DNA of 64,000 nt from an uncultured bacterium (GTDB lineage Bacteria; Verrucomicrobiota; Verrucomicrobiia; Limisphaerales; UBA8199), in assembly GCA_963749495.1 (NCBI GenBank), contig CAVVMW010000012.1, forward strand, positions 384,001-448,000, given 5' to 3'. Under the pieces are notes generated by a model. It was given only the letters and a program-made list of their open reading frames with translations, was not told the DNA's origin and searched no databases. Shown in pieces: positions 9,266-20,277 of the stretch (its first letter is position 1; each line of letters begins with the position of its first letter). The position numbers and the translations under genes are program-made.

Positions 9266-10464
9266 GCCAGACAATGTTCCAACCTGCTGAGCCGCTTCGG
9301 CCGCCGTCTTCGGCCTCGGGTGCCGGCGCCTCCGCCCGCGCCGCCGCCAAATTGCGCCATGCGGCGATGATCGCCGCAGTGCTGGTCGTTGTCGGCGCGG
9401 TTGCCGGCCTGGTCCCGCGCTGGCATCGCCGAGCGGCCGCGCGGGCCCAGTCCCTCGAACTGGCCGTCCAGAGCGTGAGCGTCGTCCGGCCTGCCCCGGG
9501 CAAGCCGGCCGCCGGCCTTGAGTTGGTCGCCGAGATCAAGCCGCTGCTCGAATCGCCTATCTACGCCCGCGCCAACGGCTACATCAAGCGGTGGCTCTTC
9601 GACATCGGGGCCCAGGTCAAGGAAGGGGAGTTGCTGGCGGAGATCGACACGCCGGAACTCAACCAGGAGTTGGCCCAGGCGCGCGCGCAACTCGGCCAGG
9701 CCCAGGCTGCGCTGGCCCTGGCCAGGATCACCGCGGCGCGCTGGGCGGAGTTGCTCAAGACCTCGAGTGTGAGCGAGCAGGAGGCCGCGGAAAAACAGGG
9801 CGACCTCGATATCAAGTCCGCCAACGTCCAGGCGGCCCAGGCCAACGTCCGCCGTCTCGAGGAATCCCAGGCCTTCCAAAATGTCCGGGCCCCCTTTGCC
9901 GGCGTCCTCACCGCCCGCAACATCGATCTCGGCGAATTGGTCACCGCCGGGACTGGGCGGGAACTCTTCCGGTTGGCGCAGACAGGCACCCTGCGGGTGT
10001 ATGTGCGCGTGCCTCAGACCCTGTCCGCCGGCATCGCCCCCGGCCAAAAGGCGGAATTGGCTATCCCCGAACTGCACGGCCGCGTCTTCCCCGGCAAGGT
10101 CGTCCGCACCTCCGGCGCCATGAGCGCCGATTCCCGCACCCTGCTGACCGAGGTGGAGGTGGATAATTCGCGCGGGGAGATCCTCGCCGGCACCTTCGCC
10201 CAGGTCCGCTTCACCGAGTTGAAATTGGACCCGCTGCTGACCTTGCCCTCCAACACGCTCCTCTTCCGCAAGGAGGGCACCCAGGTGGGCGTGGTCGGCC
10301 CGGATGGAAAGGTCGAGCTGCGCGCCGTGACCCTGGGACGCGATTTCGGCCAAACCATGGAGGTCCTCGTCGGCGTGAAGCCAACCGACCGCGTCATCCT
10401 GAACCCGCCCGATTCCTTGGTGAGCGGCGCCGTGGTGCGCGTGGCGGAGGAGACGATGAAGTGA
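9262..10464 (+). CDS. RND membrane fusion (periplasmic adaptor) protein
   Basis: IYARANGYIKRWLFDIGAQVKEGELLAEID and VRAPFAGV motifs. Confidence 0.95.
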   Translation: MSQTMFQPAEPLRPPSSASGAGASARAAAKLRHAAMIAAVLVVVGAVAGLVPRWHRRAAARAQSLELAVQSVSVVRPAPGKPAAGLELVAEIKPLLESPIYARANGYIKRWLFDIGAQVKEGELLAEIDTPELNQELAQARAQLGQAQAALALARITAARWAELLKTSSVSEQEAAEKQGDLDIKSANVQAAQANVRRLEESQAFQNVRAPFAGVLTARNIDLGELVTAGTGRELFRLAQTGTLRVYVRVPQTLSAGIAPGQKAELAIPELHGRVFPGKVVRTSGAMSADSRTLLTEVEVDNSRGEILAGTFAQVRFTELKLDPLLTLPSNTLLFRKEGTQVGVVGPDGKVELRAVTLGRDFGQTMEVLVGVKPTDRVILNPPDSLVSGAVVRVAEETMK

Positions 10465-10480
10465 GGCTCGGGATGTTTAA

Positions 10481-11968
10481 TTGAAGATTGCAATTCTCAA
10501 TTTTCAATCCCTTCGCTCCCGGCTCGCCCTGGCCGCAGCCCTCCTCTTCGTCCTGGTTGCCGGCTGCAAGGTCGGGCCCGACTACCATCGTCCTGCGCCG
10601 CTCGGGACCAATGCCCTGCCGCCCGCCTTCTCGGCCCCGGCCCAGGGCACGAACACCACCGAGTGGAAACCGGCCGCCCCGGCCGCGCATCTGCCTCGAG
10701 GCGCGTGGTGGCGGGTGTTCGAGGACCAGGAGTTGAATCGCCTGGAGGCGCTGGCCGGGCTCCACAACCAGGCACTGGCCGCCGCCGTGGCCCGGTTCGA
10801 TCAGGCGCGGGCCTCGGTGAACATTGCGCGGGCCGACCTCTTCCCGCAAATCCAGGTCGATCCGAGCTACACGCGCCAGCGCACCAGTTTCAACGAGCCC
10901 CAAAACGGCAAGGCGGCCTTGATCAGCCCCACCTTCAACACCTTTACCGCGCTCCTGCAGGCCGGCTGGGAGGCCGATGTCTGGGGCAGGGTCCGCCGCC
11001 GGGTCGAGTCGGCCCGCGCGAGCCTGGCCGCCGGCGCCGACGACCTCCAAGCCGTCACGCTGGCCGTGCAGGCGGAACTGGCCGCCGACTATTTCACCTT
11101 GCGCGCCCTCGATGCCGAGGCGGACCTGCTGGACAGGACCGTCGAGACTTACCGCCGCTCCCTTGAACTGGTCGTCAACCGCCGCAAGGGCGGCGTTGTC
11201 AGCGACCTCGACGTGGCCCAGGCCCAGACTCAGCTCCGGAGTGCCGAAGCGGAGGTGCCCGTGCTCCGGCTACAGCGCGCCCGGCTGCTCCACGCCATCG
11301 CCACTCTCTGCGGCCAGGCGCCGACCGGCTTTGTCCTGGCTGCCGTCAATGGCGCCCCCGCCCCACCGCCCGCCGTGCTGCCGGCCCTGCCCAGCGAACT
11401 GCTCGAACGCCGGCCCGATGTCGCCGCCGCCGAGCAGCGCATGGCCGCCGCTAACGCTCAAATCGGCGTTGCCCTGGGTGCCTTCTATCCCCATCTCCGC
11501 TTCGACGGCCTGGCTGGTTTCCAATCCGTTTCCGCCTCGACCTGGTTCGATTGGCCCAGCCGGTTCTGGTCCGTCGGCCCGACGGTGCAACTGCCCATCT
11601 TCACGGGCGGGCGGAATCGCGCCGGGCTGGCACTGTCCCGGGCAGTTTATGATGAGACCCTGGCCGGCTATCGCCAGACCGTCCTGGCCGCCTTCCAGGA
11701 GGTCGAAGACCAGATTGCCGCGCAGCGGTTGCTCGAGGCGCAACTGGAGGCCGAGACCGCCGCGATGGAGTCCGCCCAGCGCGCCCTCGAAATCGCCAAC
11801 AACAGCTACAGGCTCGGCCGCGTTACCTACCTCGAGGTCGCCGTCGCCCAGTCCTCCGCCCTGGCCATCGAGCGCGCCGTCGTTCAACTCCGCGGCGAAA
11901 AACTCGCCGCCGCCGTCGGACTCATCAAGGCCATCGGCGGAGGATGGGAGACCGCCGCTCACAATTGA
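10481..11968 (+). CDS. RND outer membrane factor lipoprotein (NodT/TolC-like)
   Basis: Lipobox LVAGC-KVGPDY, ELLERRPDV, C-terminal AIGGGW. Confidence 0.95.
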   Translation: MKIAILNFQSLRSRLALAAALLFVLVAGCKVGPDYHRPAPLGTNALPPAFSAPAQGTNTTEWKPAAPAAHLPRGAWWRVFEDQELNRLEALAGLHNQALAAAVARFDQARASVNIARADLFPQIQVDPSYTRQRTSFNEPQNGKAALISPTFNTFTALLQAGWEADVWGRVRRRVESARASLAAGADDLQAVTLAVQAELAADYFTLRALDAEADLLDRTVETYRRSLELVVNRRKGGVVSDLDVAQAQTQLRSAEAEVPVLRLQRARLLHAIATLCGQAPTGFVLAAVNGAPAPPPAVLPALPSELLERRPDVAAAEQRMAAANAQIGVALGAFYPHLRFDGLAGFQSVSASTWFDWPSRFWSVGPTVQLPIFTGGRNRAGLALSRAVYDETLAGYRQTVLAAFQEVEDQIAAQRLLEAQLEAETAAMESAQRALEIANNSYRLGRVTYLEVAVAQSSALAIERAVVQLRGEKLAAAVGLIKAIGGGWETAAHN

Positions 11969-11971
11969 ATT

Positions 11972-13762
11972 CTACTGCGTAAGGACTCTATAGAAGCCAA
12001 TCGGGGCTCCGTTCGACTCGCTGTCCACGAACTGGAAATTCCCGCCCCCGGTGTCCTCAGCCGTGCCGATGTCCTCCCACACCACGAGGTCGGCTGAGGC
12101 CTGGATGGTGTAAGTCCTAGCCTCGTTTCCCGAGAATTGAAGAACCGCCTCTCCATAGTCGAATTGGACGGTGAGGTCCTGCACAGGCACCGGCAGAATG
12201 GAGTAGAGGTCTGGAATTCTGTGGCTGCGATAGGCATAATAGCCCATGAAGACCGGGTCGCTGTTATTGTAATCGAAGAACGCCAGATCGAACACGACCT
12301 CGGGATCGGCATCATGGGTCACCTCCTTGATCCGAAGCATGGTCGCGCCGGGTGCCGCAAGACTGGGCGGGATTCCATTCTCGTAAAGGGTGTTGGAGAA
12401 GGTGATCAGCACATTCCCTGTGCGGGGAAGCCAATCCGCGTTTCCCGCGCGGTCCGTGTAAAGCCGATCCGCATTGGTCCTGCCGTAGTCCCACACTTGC
12501 GTTACCTCCATGCTCTGCTCGTCAATGGAATACTCGACGGCTCGGCTGTAGTTGTCGGCATCCGCAACAGCCGGGTCAAAAGGGCTGGCCCTGAAGTTGC
12601 CATCGTCAAATGCCAACAGGGTGCCTTGAGGAGTGATGACAGGGGCATGCTGCCCGTAATTCCACACGAAGGGCGAGCCCACAGGCGTCAAGAGGTACGG
12701 TTGAAACCCGGCATCCCAGTTCTCGTGCGGACCGAGAATCCACTTGAGCTGTCCGTCGCGCGAGAACTTGATAACCGCATCCTGGTGGCGCATCGAGACA
12801 ATGAGTGAATTATCGCTGGGGTCTTCAATCACGGCGTTGGCGTGCTCGCAGTCAATATCGCCCAGCGAGAAGGTGAGATAATCAATCCGTGTGGGTTGCA
12901 GCATGTCGATCAGAGACCAGTCGCCCAGGAGCATGCCGTTTGTAGCCGACATCTCGATGATGTCATTGCACAGCACGTAGGCGTTGATTAGGGGAGCGTT
13001 CGGATTGGTCGAGCTGCTCGGAAAGTTCGGCACGAGCTGGTCCTGGTCGTTTATGTAGAGGATAGTGTCGTGCGGTGTTGGCACACCGTCGTGAAAGTCG
13101 ATGGATAATCCATCCGGCGCCTCCCAACTGTTGACCGTTTCGCCCAGCATGTTGATCTCCACGAAGCTCATAGTCAGGGGGACGAAGAGGTCCCCATTGG
13201 AAAGCTGGCGGACATCCAAAGTTGATGCGACGCCGCTATACCAGACGACCTCGCCGGCATTATCCACGATGGTCAGATACGCAGCGTCGTCATTGTAGTT
13301 CTGGAGACGGAACAAGGTGTATCCGGGCTTCATCTTGTCAGGCTGGCTTGCCAGCAAGACGCTCGGGGGAAAGTCGTCCGGCAGCGGGCCGGTGACGAAG
13401 AGCAACGGCTGGGAGGCGGTGACAGCATTCCGATACCGGTCGTGGACAGTGACTGTGATGGCATTCGTTCGGCCGGGCTTGAAACCCAGCAACGGCAGGG
13501 AATGCGCCGTGCCATAATCATAGAAGTTCCGCTGCCAGGTGTTCGTGCCTTCGGTTACCGACACGCTCACCCTGGAGTCAACATCTGTGCTTAGCTGCAA
13601 GACCCCGGCAAGCGGCGCGCTCTCGGCTGGGCTGAAAGACGGCCCCGTTGTGATCGTCAAGGCATGTGCGCACAAGGGCACATTGATGAGGCTGGCAAGC
13701 ACGGCGGACAGCGCAGACCGGCGCAACGATAACTGAGTTGACGGTGCTTTGAATAACATCAT
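11972..13762 (-). CDS. Secreted aryl-sulfate sulfotransferase family protein with FYR C-terminal domain
   Basis: Signal peptide; HDG, HANAV, SMRHQD, QHAP and YRSHR motifs typical of ASST beta-propellers. Confidence 0.85.
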   Translation of the reverse strand: MMLFKAPSTQLSLRRSALSAVLASLINVPLCAHALTITTGPSFSPAESAPLAGVLQLSTDVDSRVSVSVTEGTNTWQRNFYDYGTAHSLPLLGFKPGRTNAITVTVHDRYRNAVTASQPLLFVTGPLPDDFPPSVLLASQPDKMKPGYTLFRLQNYNDDAAYLTIVDNAGEVVWYSGVASTLDVRQLSNGDLFVPLTMSFVEINMLGETVNSWEAPDGLSIDFHDGVPTPHDTILYINDQDQLVPNFPSSSTNPNAPLINAYVLCNDIIEMSATNGMLLGDWSLIDMLQPTRIDYLTFSLGDIDCEHANAVIEDPSDNSLIVSMRHQDAVIKFSRDGQLKWILGPHENWDAGFQPYLLTPVGSPFVWNYGQHAPVITPQGTLLAFDDGNFRASPFDPAVADADNYSRAVEYSIDEQSMEVTQVWDYGRTNADRLYTDRAGNADWLPRTGNVLITFSNTLYENGIPPSLAAPGATMLRIKEVTHDADPEVVFDLAFFDYNNSDPVFMGYYAYRSHRIPDLYSILPVPVQDLTVQFDYGEAVLQFSGNEARTYTIQASADLVVWEDIGTAEDTGGGNFQFVDSESNGAPIGFYRVLTQ

Positions 13763-13814
13763 GATGCCCTGTCCTCTCGGCCGCTGAAATCCAAGCGTCG
13801 TTTATGGCCTGTGA

Positions 13815-13830
13815 GCAAGCAGTGTGCCAA
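13815..13830 (-). promoter_or_regulatory. Sigma54 -24/-12 promoter
   Basis: Minus strand TTGGCACACTGCTTGC, near-consensus. Confidence 0.85.
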
Positions 13831-13908
13831 CGCCCGGAAGCTTAGGATCTTCCCAGCCCTCCTCCGGGAGCGACTCAGGGACTGTGCGTCTGGCAGCCAG
13901 TGGGATTC

Positions 13909-13943
13909 GGGGAATAGTTCCCCGAGGTGGGAAAGGGTTCCCA
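13909..13943. promoter_or_regulatory. Tandem palindromic enhancer (GGG-N8-CCC twice)
   Basis: GGGGAATAGTTCCCC and TGGGAAAGGGTTCCCA about 80 bp upstream of the sigma54 site. Confidence 0.65.
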
Positions 13944-14020
13944 ATTGAGTTAACTTGGTAATTCACAGCGCGGTGGGCAAGTCGGTGCCGGCCGCCCGTT
14001 GCGGCAAGCCGCCGGGCCTT

Positions 14021-16507
14021 TCAAGGAATCCGCAGGCGGTAGAACTGCTGGGAAAAGTTGGTGGCGCCATTATCGATGAAAAGTGCCGTGCCGTTGGTCA
14101 GCGGGACAGTCTGCAAGTCCTCCCACGTTGAGAGGTTCGTGGATCCCAGTACCGTAACCGTCGAAGCGCCCGGGGCTGTCACTGAAAACTGGATGCGTCC
14201 ATCCGGCAGAGGCGCGAGCGAGCCGGGAGTGACCGCCGGCGGATCGACTATGCTGAAGGGCTGGGCGGAGGTCGTTGACAGGGCGCTGTTCGTAACGCTC
14301 GTGATTTGGATAGTGTAATCGCTGCCGGTTGTCAGGTTTGGCGGGACCGGCCATCGATAGGCCCCCGCGAAGGGTGCGTTCGTCGTGATGTTCACGACCA
14401 AGACGCCCCCTTTGTAGAGGTCAATCCGGACGCTTTCGGCCAGATTGTCTTTCCACTGAATGAAGTAGGAAAGGCCTCGCCTCCAGGCTTCACCGCCGTC
14501 GGGGACCGTCACCTGCACAAACGGAGCCGCCGTCTGGAAGGAGCCGACTGCCCAGGGGCCGGTGCCGCCGTCGTTGACGGTCCTCACTCGGTAATAGTAA
14601 GTCGTGGCCGGGGCGGCATTGCTCCAGACATAAAAGGCATCAGTCTGCTGCTCCACGTCCACCACCGGGTCCGCAAAATCCTGGTTGGTGTCCACCTGGA
14701 GCAAGTAATAGGCGGCAAAGCCCCGCGGCGACCAGGAAAGGGAAATGGGCCGCTGCTGGTTCACGCTGTAAACCATGCCCGTCGTCGCCGCGGCCGGCGC
14801 GATGACGTCGTAAGGCTGAACCCCGCGGTAGTTTTCCACCGCGTTCAGGATCGGCGGGAACGGCACTTCGGCGATATCAGGGTAGCCGAAGATTATCTCG
14901 CCAAGGTCGCTGCCCGAGGGGGTCAGGTTCAGAGAAGCAACCAGTTTGCCGGTGACGGGGTTATAATAGCTGTTATTGATCTGCGGTGCGAACAGGCCCT
15001 GGCCGGTGGTGCTGCGGTAGTAAACCGTCAGGTTGGTCGGGTTGTCAAAGCCGAAGGTGGCCACATCGAACTGGAAATCGGCGCCGAGGGTTTTGATAGA
15101 TGTTTGCGCCAGGGAGACGCGCGCGGGGAAAACGCGCGGCGGCTTGCCGTCGAACACAGGATAAACGGGAGCAAAAGCCTCACGGGTGACGGTCATCGAA
15201 TTGTATCCGACTCCGCCGCCGGAGGTCACGGTAAATGAAACGCCGGCCGGGCCGAAGTCGTAGGTGTTTCCAAGCGCTATCTCGGCCGCGGGGACAGTGA
15301 TCGCCTCGGCCTGTGGCGGGTAGGGGAACCGGAAGGCACGGTAGCTGGCGGCGTTGGTGTTGTTGAACCACATTTGGAACACCACGCTGCCGGAAGGATC
15401 CACCTCGGTGATGGCTGGGACCTGGTGATCGACGGGGGGGGCGCCAATGCCCTCCACGGGGCCGCCCGAACCCCATCCGATGACGGTATCGCCGTTGGGC
15501 ATGCGCTGGGCACTGCCCGCGTTCCAACTGTAAACAGGAGGATCGGGCGAGTAACTCCAGATCAGTTTGGCGGTCAGATTAACTTCATCAGTTTGGTATT
15601 CGTACACTTTTGAAGAGCGCGTGGCCGCGAGGTCGCCGTCGCAAAAGAGAAGAATGTCGCCGTTGGGGAGGCGATTCACGTCATGACAGGCGAAGTGAGG
15701 CGCCGCCACCTGCGGCTCTTCGTTCAGGAACTGAAATTGGCCAAAAGGGCCGCCCAACACCCACATGACATCGCCGGTTTGACGGTTGATCTTCTCCACG
15801 TCAAAGGGGACATTCGAGATCAGCAGATTCCCGTCGGTATCCAGGGTGACCGTATTGACGTGGAAGGCGATCTGGACGGGATTCACCGGGCTGAACAGAG
15901 GGACAAGCCTGGCCGGACTGAACGCGTAATGATCCCAGGCGCGCCATTGCCACACCACGTTGCGGTGAGAGTCCAACTCCTGAATGCAGGCTCCCGAGAC
16001 CAGCGCGCTGGGCCAACCGCCCGGAATGAACTTGCTCAAGTCCATCTGCGTGTCATAGTAACTGAGCACTAGGGCGTTCCCGTTGGGCAACATCTGGAAA
16101 TCGTGGCCTTCCGCAACATAGCCGTTGCCAGCGTCGATCGTCTCGACGAGGTTGTAACTGTTGTCCAGAATCCGATGATGAACCTCGGTAGCAGCCGTGG
16201 AGGTAAAATCGAAGAGATCAGCATGGTGCAAGAAGCCGTTTGGCAGTTGCTTGAAATCCATACTGCCTAGCGGGGCCAGACCCGCTACCGGCGTGTTCTC
16301 ATACCAGAACGGTGTGCCGTCGTTCTTGAGCATCATGACGTAGCTGGCGGCAAGAAAAATGTAGCCGTCAGCCACCGCATTGGTTTGGTGTGTCGTGACC
16401 GTGAACGTCGGAAAATCCGCCGGCAGTTGGGCCTTGGCGGCGTTGGGCGCTATGCCGATGCACGCCAGAACTCCGGCGCACAAGCAGAACCTCTGTTTGA
16501 TTCTCAT
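14021..16507 (-). CDS. Secreted aryl-sulfate sulfotransferase family protein with FN3/Ig-like domains and FYR C-terminal domain
   Basis: Signal peptide; GHDFQ, HVNTV, CHDVNRL, GSAQRMPNGDT and SYRAFRF motifs. Confidence 0.85.
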   Translation of the reverse strand: MRIKQRFCLCAGVLACIGIAPNAAKAQLPADFPTFTVTTHQTNAVADGYIFLAASYVMMLKNDGTPFWYENTPVAGLAPLGSMDFKQLPNGFLHHADLFDFTSTAATEVHHRILDNSYNLVETIDAGNGYVAEGHDFQMLPNGNALVLSYYDTQMDLSKFIPGGWPSALVSGACIQELDSHRNVVWQWRAWDHYAFSPARLVPLFSPVNPVQIAFHVNTVTLDTDGNLLISNVPFDVEKINRQTGDVMWVLGGPFGQFQFLNEEPQVAAPHFACHDVNRLPNGDILLFCDGDLAATRSSKVYEYQTDEVNLTAKLIWSYSPDPPVYSWNAGSAQRMPNGDTVIGWGSGGPVEGIGAPPVDHQVPAITEVDPSGSVVFQMWFNNTNAASYRAFRFPYPPQAEAITVPAAEIALGNTYDFGPAGVSFTVTSGGGVGYNSMTVTREAFAPVYPVFDGKPPRVFPARVSLAQTSIKTLGADFQFDVATFGFDNPTNLTVYYRSTTGQGLFAPQINNSYYNPVTGKLVASLNLTPSGSDLGEIIFGYPDIAEVPFPPILNAVENYRGVQPYDVIAPAAATTGMVYSVNQQRPISLSWSPRGFAAYYLLQVDTNQDFADPVVDVEQQTDAFYVWSNAAPATTYYYRVRTVNDGGTGPWAVGSFQTAAPFVQVTVPDGGEAWRRGLSYFIQWKDNLAESVRIDLYKGGVLVVNITTNAPFAGAYRWPVPPNLTTGSDYTIQITSVTNSALSTTSAQPFSIVDPPAVTPGSLAPLPDGRIQFSVTAPGASTVTVLGSTNLSTWEDLQTVPLTNGTALFIDNGATNFSQQFYRLRIP

Positions 16508-16575
16508 AGTTACTCTTTCTTTCCTAATGATCTTTCGGATTCTCGTTTTTATGAAATTCCTGGAAATGGGTCTGT

Positions 16576-17052
16576 TTATGATCGAGTGGCCTTCCCGCCC
16601 GCCGGCAGGTAATGGAAGGCAGAGCGGCGGCCCATCATGCGCGCCAAGCGCACCTCCGGGCTTTCCGCGAGCACGACGCGCAACATCGCAAGCAGTTTTG
16701 GGTAGTCGAGCGGCTTTTCCAAAAGGGCGGAAACGCCCGCGGCAACTGAAGTGAAGAGCGCGTCAGGCCGGGCCGTGATGATGATCACTGGGAGCAACGG
16801 GTTGTTCGAGGTGAGCTTCTCGAACGTGTCCCAGCCGCCCTGGCCAGGCATGTTCAAGTCGAGCAATACCATGTCGAGAGAGTTGGAGGCCGCGATTGCG
16901 ATTGCCCCTGGACCGTTCGATGCGGACAAGACCCGATACCCTTCCTCCGCCAGGACGCGCCCAATCACCTCGCGCACCGATGGGTCGTCATCCACAAGCA
17001 GGATGGTTTTGGGGATTGCACGGGGGGCCGTGGTTTTAGTTTTGGAGGTCAT
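16576..17052 (-). CDS. Stand-alone response regulator receiver protein
   Basis: ILLVDDD, LLDLNMP, ITA and LEKP motifs. Confidence 0.9.
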   Translation of the reverse strand: MTSKTKTTAPRAIPKTILLVDDDPSVREVIGRVLAEEGYRVLSASNGPGAIAIAASNSLDMVLLDLNMPGQGGWDTFEKLTSNNPLLPVIIITARPDALFTSVAAGVSALLEKPLDYPKLLAMLRVVLAESPEVRLARMMGRRSAFHYLPAGGKATRS

Positions 17053-17226
17053 TGCTGGGCCCCTTTGGGCGGCGGCTGCCTGCCACGGGCAAGGACGGAC
17101 GTCCTGAAGCGGGGATTGGCCGCGGCTCGGGTCCGTTCCGCTCGCGTTTCACCCGGCTTGCAGTCGACAATATCGGCCAGATCACATTATCGGCCAGATC
17201 ATCGTCATGCACGGCATCAGCCCCTA

Positions 17227-17241
17227 GCGTCTGGCGTGCCA
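17227..17241 (-). promoter_or_regulatory. Possible sigma54 promoter
   Basis: Minus strand TGGCACGCCAGACGC (GG-N10-GC). Confidence 0.55.
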
Positions 17242-17361
17242 TGTTGTGCATAGTTCTTGCGGGGGCTTGTTTTCCGATGAGTTTGCTGGTTGACTGAGCC
17301 TAGTTGTTGCCTTTTGTGGCTAGCCAGTATGCTCAACTGAATAGTCGCTAACCATCTGATT

Positions 17362-18741
17362 ATGCGAAATCGCGTCCAACGAAGATTGACGGGCCTCGTC
17401 GCCACCATCGTGCTGGCGGGGTTGGGCATCGCCTTTTTGACCGTGAAACTGCAGTCGTATTCGGGAGAGTTGCGCGCACGTTTGGACCAGGTGGACTCGG
17501 AGAGCTTCCTCGTTGCGGACCAGTTCGGCGATTCTCTGCGCAGACTAAACGAATCGCTCTATCATTTCGGCCGGTCCCATGTGGCCCATGATGTGGATGC
17601 CTTCAACGAGGCGAGCAGGCAATTGGACCGTTGGATTAAAACGCAAAAGATGATGCTGACCACCGAGCAGGAGAGAGTGCTCATGCGTCAGATTGACGCC
17701 GCCTATCACGACTATTTGCACGTGGCCGAGCAACTGCTGGTCCGGCTGGTGGCCCTCGGTGAGGCCAGCGCGACGATGGATGAATACACCGACTTGAGGA
17801 CGGAGTCGCAGCGCCTGCACGCTCTCTGCAAGAGCCTCAGCCGGGCGCATGTGGCCTCCAGAGACCAGGTGCTGACCAGGGCAGGTGGGGTGATCGCTCG
17901 ATTACGCGTCCTCATGCTCGTCTCACTCGGGCTGCTGTTCGGCTTTGCTGTGGCCTTGGGCGCCGTGGTTTACCGCGACATGATTGTCCCGTTGCGCCTC
18001 AAGTTGGTCGAAAGCGAGAGCCTGCGCGAGCGCCAGGAGAAACTCGCCTCGCTGGGCGTGCTGGCGGCCGGCGTCGCGCATGAAATCCGCAACCCGCTGA
18101 CGGCCATCAAAGGCGCGATGTTTCTCCAGCAAAAAAAATGTCAACCCGGGACCCAGGAGGCAGCCGACGCCAAGGTCATCAACCGCGAAATTCTGCGGCT
18201 CGAGCGCATCGTGAATGATTTCCTGCTTTTCGCGCGCCCTGGCGATTCCAAGCTCGCGCGCGTGACTGCGGACGCGCCCTTGCGTGAAGTTCATGCTCTG
18301 CTGGCGCCGCAACTGGCCAATTGCAATATCCAGCTTATCCGTGAAGAAGCACCGCCGCTTTGCTTCGCCGCAGACGAGCAGCAGATCAAGCAGGTGCTGA
18401 TCAACCTCGTTCGCAACGCCGCCGAGGCCATCGACCGGAATGGCGTGGTCAAGTTGCGCGCGCGCTCCGATCGCCGACGGCTTGGAGGCCTGGAAACCAG
18501 CGTCGTCATTCTGGAAGTGGAGGACAACGGCAAGGGGATTCCTCCGGAGGTTCAAAAGCGGCTCTTCGATCCCTTCTTCACGACCAAACCCACCGGGACG
18601 GGACTTGGCTTGTCCATCGCGGCGCGCATTGTGCAAAGCCATGGGGGCCTCCTGGAATATCAGACGGCGCCGGGTCTCGGCACGACGTTCGGGGTTGTCT
18701 TGCCGGCCTCGGTGGGCCACAATGGGCCGCATGGAGACTGA
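17362..18741 (+). CDS. Membrane sensor histidine kinase
   Basis: Two TM helices; AHEIRNPL, NLVRNA, DNGKG and GTGLGL boxes. Confidence 0.95.
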   Translation: MRNRVQRRLTGLVATIVLAGLGIAFLTVKLQSYSGELRARLDQVDSESFLVADQFGDSLRRLNESLYHFGRSHVAHDVDAFNEASRQLDRWIKTQKMMLTTEQERVLMRQIDAAYHDYLHVAEQLLVRLVALGEASATMDEYTDLRTESQRLHALCKSLSRAHVASRDQVLTRAGGVIARLRVLMLVSLGLLFGFAVALGAVVYRDMIVPLRLKLVESESLRERQEKLASLGVLAAGVAHEIRNPLTAIKGAMFLQQKKCQPGTQEAADAKVINREILRLERIVNDFLLFARPGDSKLARVTADAPLREVHALLAPQLANCNIQLIREEAPPLCFAADEQQIKQVLINLVRNAAEAIDRNGVVKLRARSDRRRLGGLETSVVILEVEDNGKGIPPEVQKRLFDPFFTTKPTGTGLGLSIAARIVQSHGGLLEYQTAPGLGTTFGVVLPASVGHNGPHGD

Positions 18742-20173
18742 AACGACCAGGATCCTGCTGATCGAGGACGACCCCGGCATTGCCGACACACTGCAGCGGG
18801 TGCTGGCCGAGGAAGGCTGTCAAGTGGCCGTGGAGGCGCGCGGCGACACCGGGCTTGCGCGCGCCAGCGAAGGGACATTCCACGTGGTCATCAGCGATCT
18901 CAAGTTGCCCGGCCTGAACGGCTTGGAACTCGTTCGCCAGTTGCACTCCGCCCAGCCTCGTTTGCCGATCATCCTTGTCACCGCTTATGGCACGACCGAA
19001 ACCGCCATCGAAGCAATGAAATTCGGGGCTTACGACTACTTGCTGAAGCCGTTTGATTTTCCCCAGATGCTCGCCCTGGTCAGCCAAGCCGCCGACAGCA
19101 ATCGCCGCATGTCCGAGCCGGTGGCGCTCGGCGACCCCAGCACGAGACGGGAGGCCCTCGTAGGCCGCGGCTCGGCCATGCAAGCCATCTACAAAGAGAT
19201 CGGCCGTGTGGCCTCCAAGCCGGTCAGCGTGCTCATTCAGGGCGAAACCGGCACGGGCAAGGAGCTGATCGCCCGCGCGCTCTATCAGCACAGCGACCGT
19301 GCCAACGCCCCCTTCATTACTGTCAATTGCGCAGCGATACCGGAAACGCTGTTGGAGAGCGAGTTGTTCGGCCACGAACGGGGCGCGTTCTCCGGCGCGG
19401 ACGCCCGGCGCATCGGCCGGTTCGAACAAGCCGACCGCGGCACGATCTTTCTCGATGAAATCGGTGACATGACGCTGGGCACACAGGTAAAGCTCTTGCG
19501 CGTGCTCCAGGAACGGACCTTGCAGCGGCTCGGCGGCAAAGAGACAATCCCCGTGGACGTGCGGGTCATCGCGGCAACCCATCGGGACCTGGAGGCTGCC
19601 ATCCGGGAAAAACAGTTTCGGGAGGACCTTTACTATCGGCTAAACGTGGTGGTGATCACGTTGCCGCCGCTGCGGAGCCGCCGTGAGGACATTCCGGAGC
19701 TCGTGCGCTATTTTCTTGCCAGGCACGGCGCCGAATTGGGCAATGCCAATCCGTCGATTCACCCGGAGGCCCTTGACTTTCTCCAGGCGCAACCCTGGCC
19801 TGGCAACGTGCGCGAGCTGCAAAACGCAATACGCAAGGCCCTTTTGGCAGCGCGAGGTTACACGATCAACCTCGAGCATGTCCGCACGACGCTGAACAAA
19901 AGCGCCGGCGCCCCGTGTTTCGCCGCGCTTCCGGGCGGCGAATACATTGACGAAGTGCTGGCCGAGGCGCGGGGCGAGGAGGTTCCTGACGCCTACGCCC
20001 GCGTGATTGAAGCCGCCGAGCGGGAGCTCTTTGCGCGCGCAATACTGCAAGCCCAAGGCAATCAAGCCAAAGCCGCCCGCTGGCTTGGCATCACCCGCGT
20101 CACCATGCGGGCCAAACTGATTCATTTCGGACTTCATCCGGGCAAGGAACAGGACCAGGATCCCGGCAAGTGA
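18731..20173 (+). CDS. Sigma54-dependent response regulator (NtrC family)
   Basis: Receiver domain, GETGTGKE, ESELFGHERGAFSGA, WPGNVREL, Fis-type HTH; start ATG 18731. Confidence 0.95.
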   Translation: METETTRILLIEDDPGIADTLQRVLAEEGCQVAVEARGDTGLARASEGTFHVVISDLKLPGLNGLELVRQLHSAQPRLPIILVTAYGTTETAIEAMKFGAYDYLLKPFDFPQMLALVSQAADSNRRMSEPVALGDPSTRREALVGRGSAMQAIYKEIGRVASKPVSVLIQGETGTGKELIARALYQHSDRANAPFITVNCAAIPETLLESELFGHERGAFSGADARRIGRFEQADRGTIFLDEIGDMTLGTQVKLLRVLQERTLQRLGGKETIPVDVRVIAATHRDLEAAIREKQFREDLYYRLNVVVITLPPLRSRREDIPELVRYFLARHGAELGNANPSIHPEALDFLQAQPWPGNVRELQNAIRKALLAARGYTINLEHVRTTLNKSAGAPCFAALPGGEYIDEVLAEARGEEVPDAYARVIEAAERELFARAILQAQGNQAKAARWLGITRVTMRAKLIHFGLHPGKEQDQDPGK

Positions 20174-20277
20174 GGGGGACGGGAGTTCGATGCCGTTCAT
20201 TCCATAGACAGACAGACATAGAGCCGAACCCGAGTGAATGAATCGGGCTCTTCAATAAGGTTGGTGGTTGTTGCTGG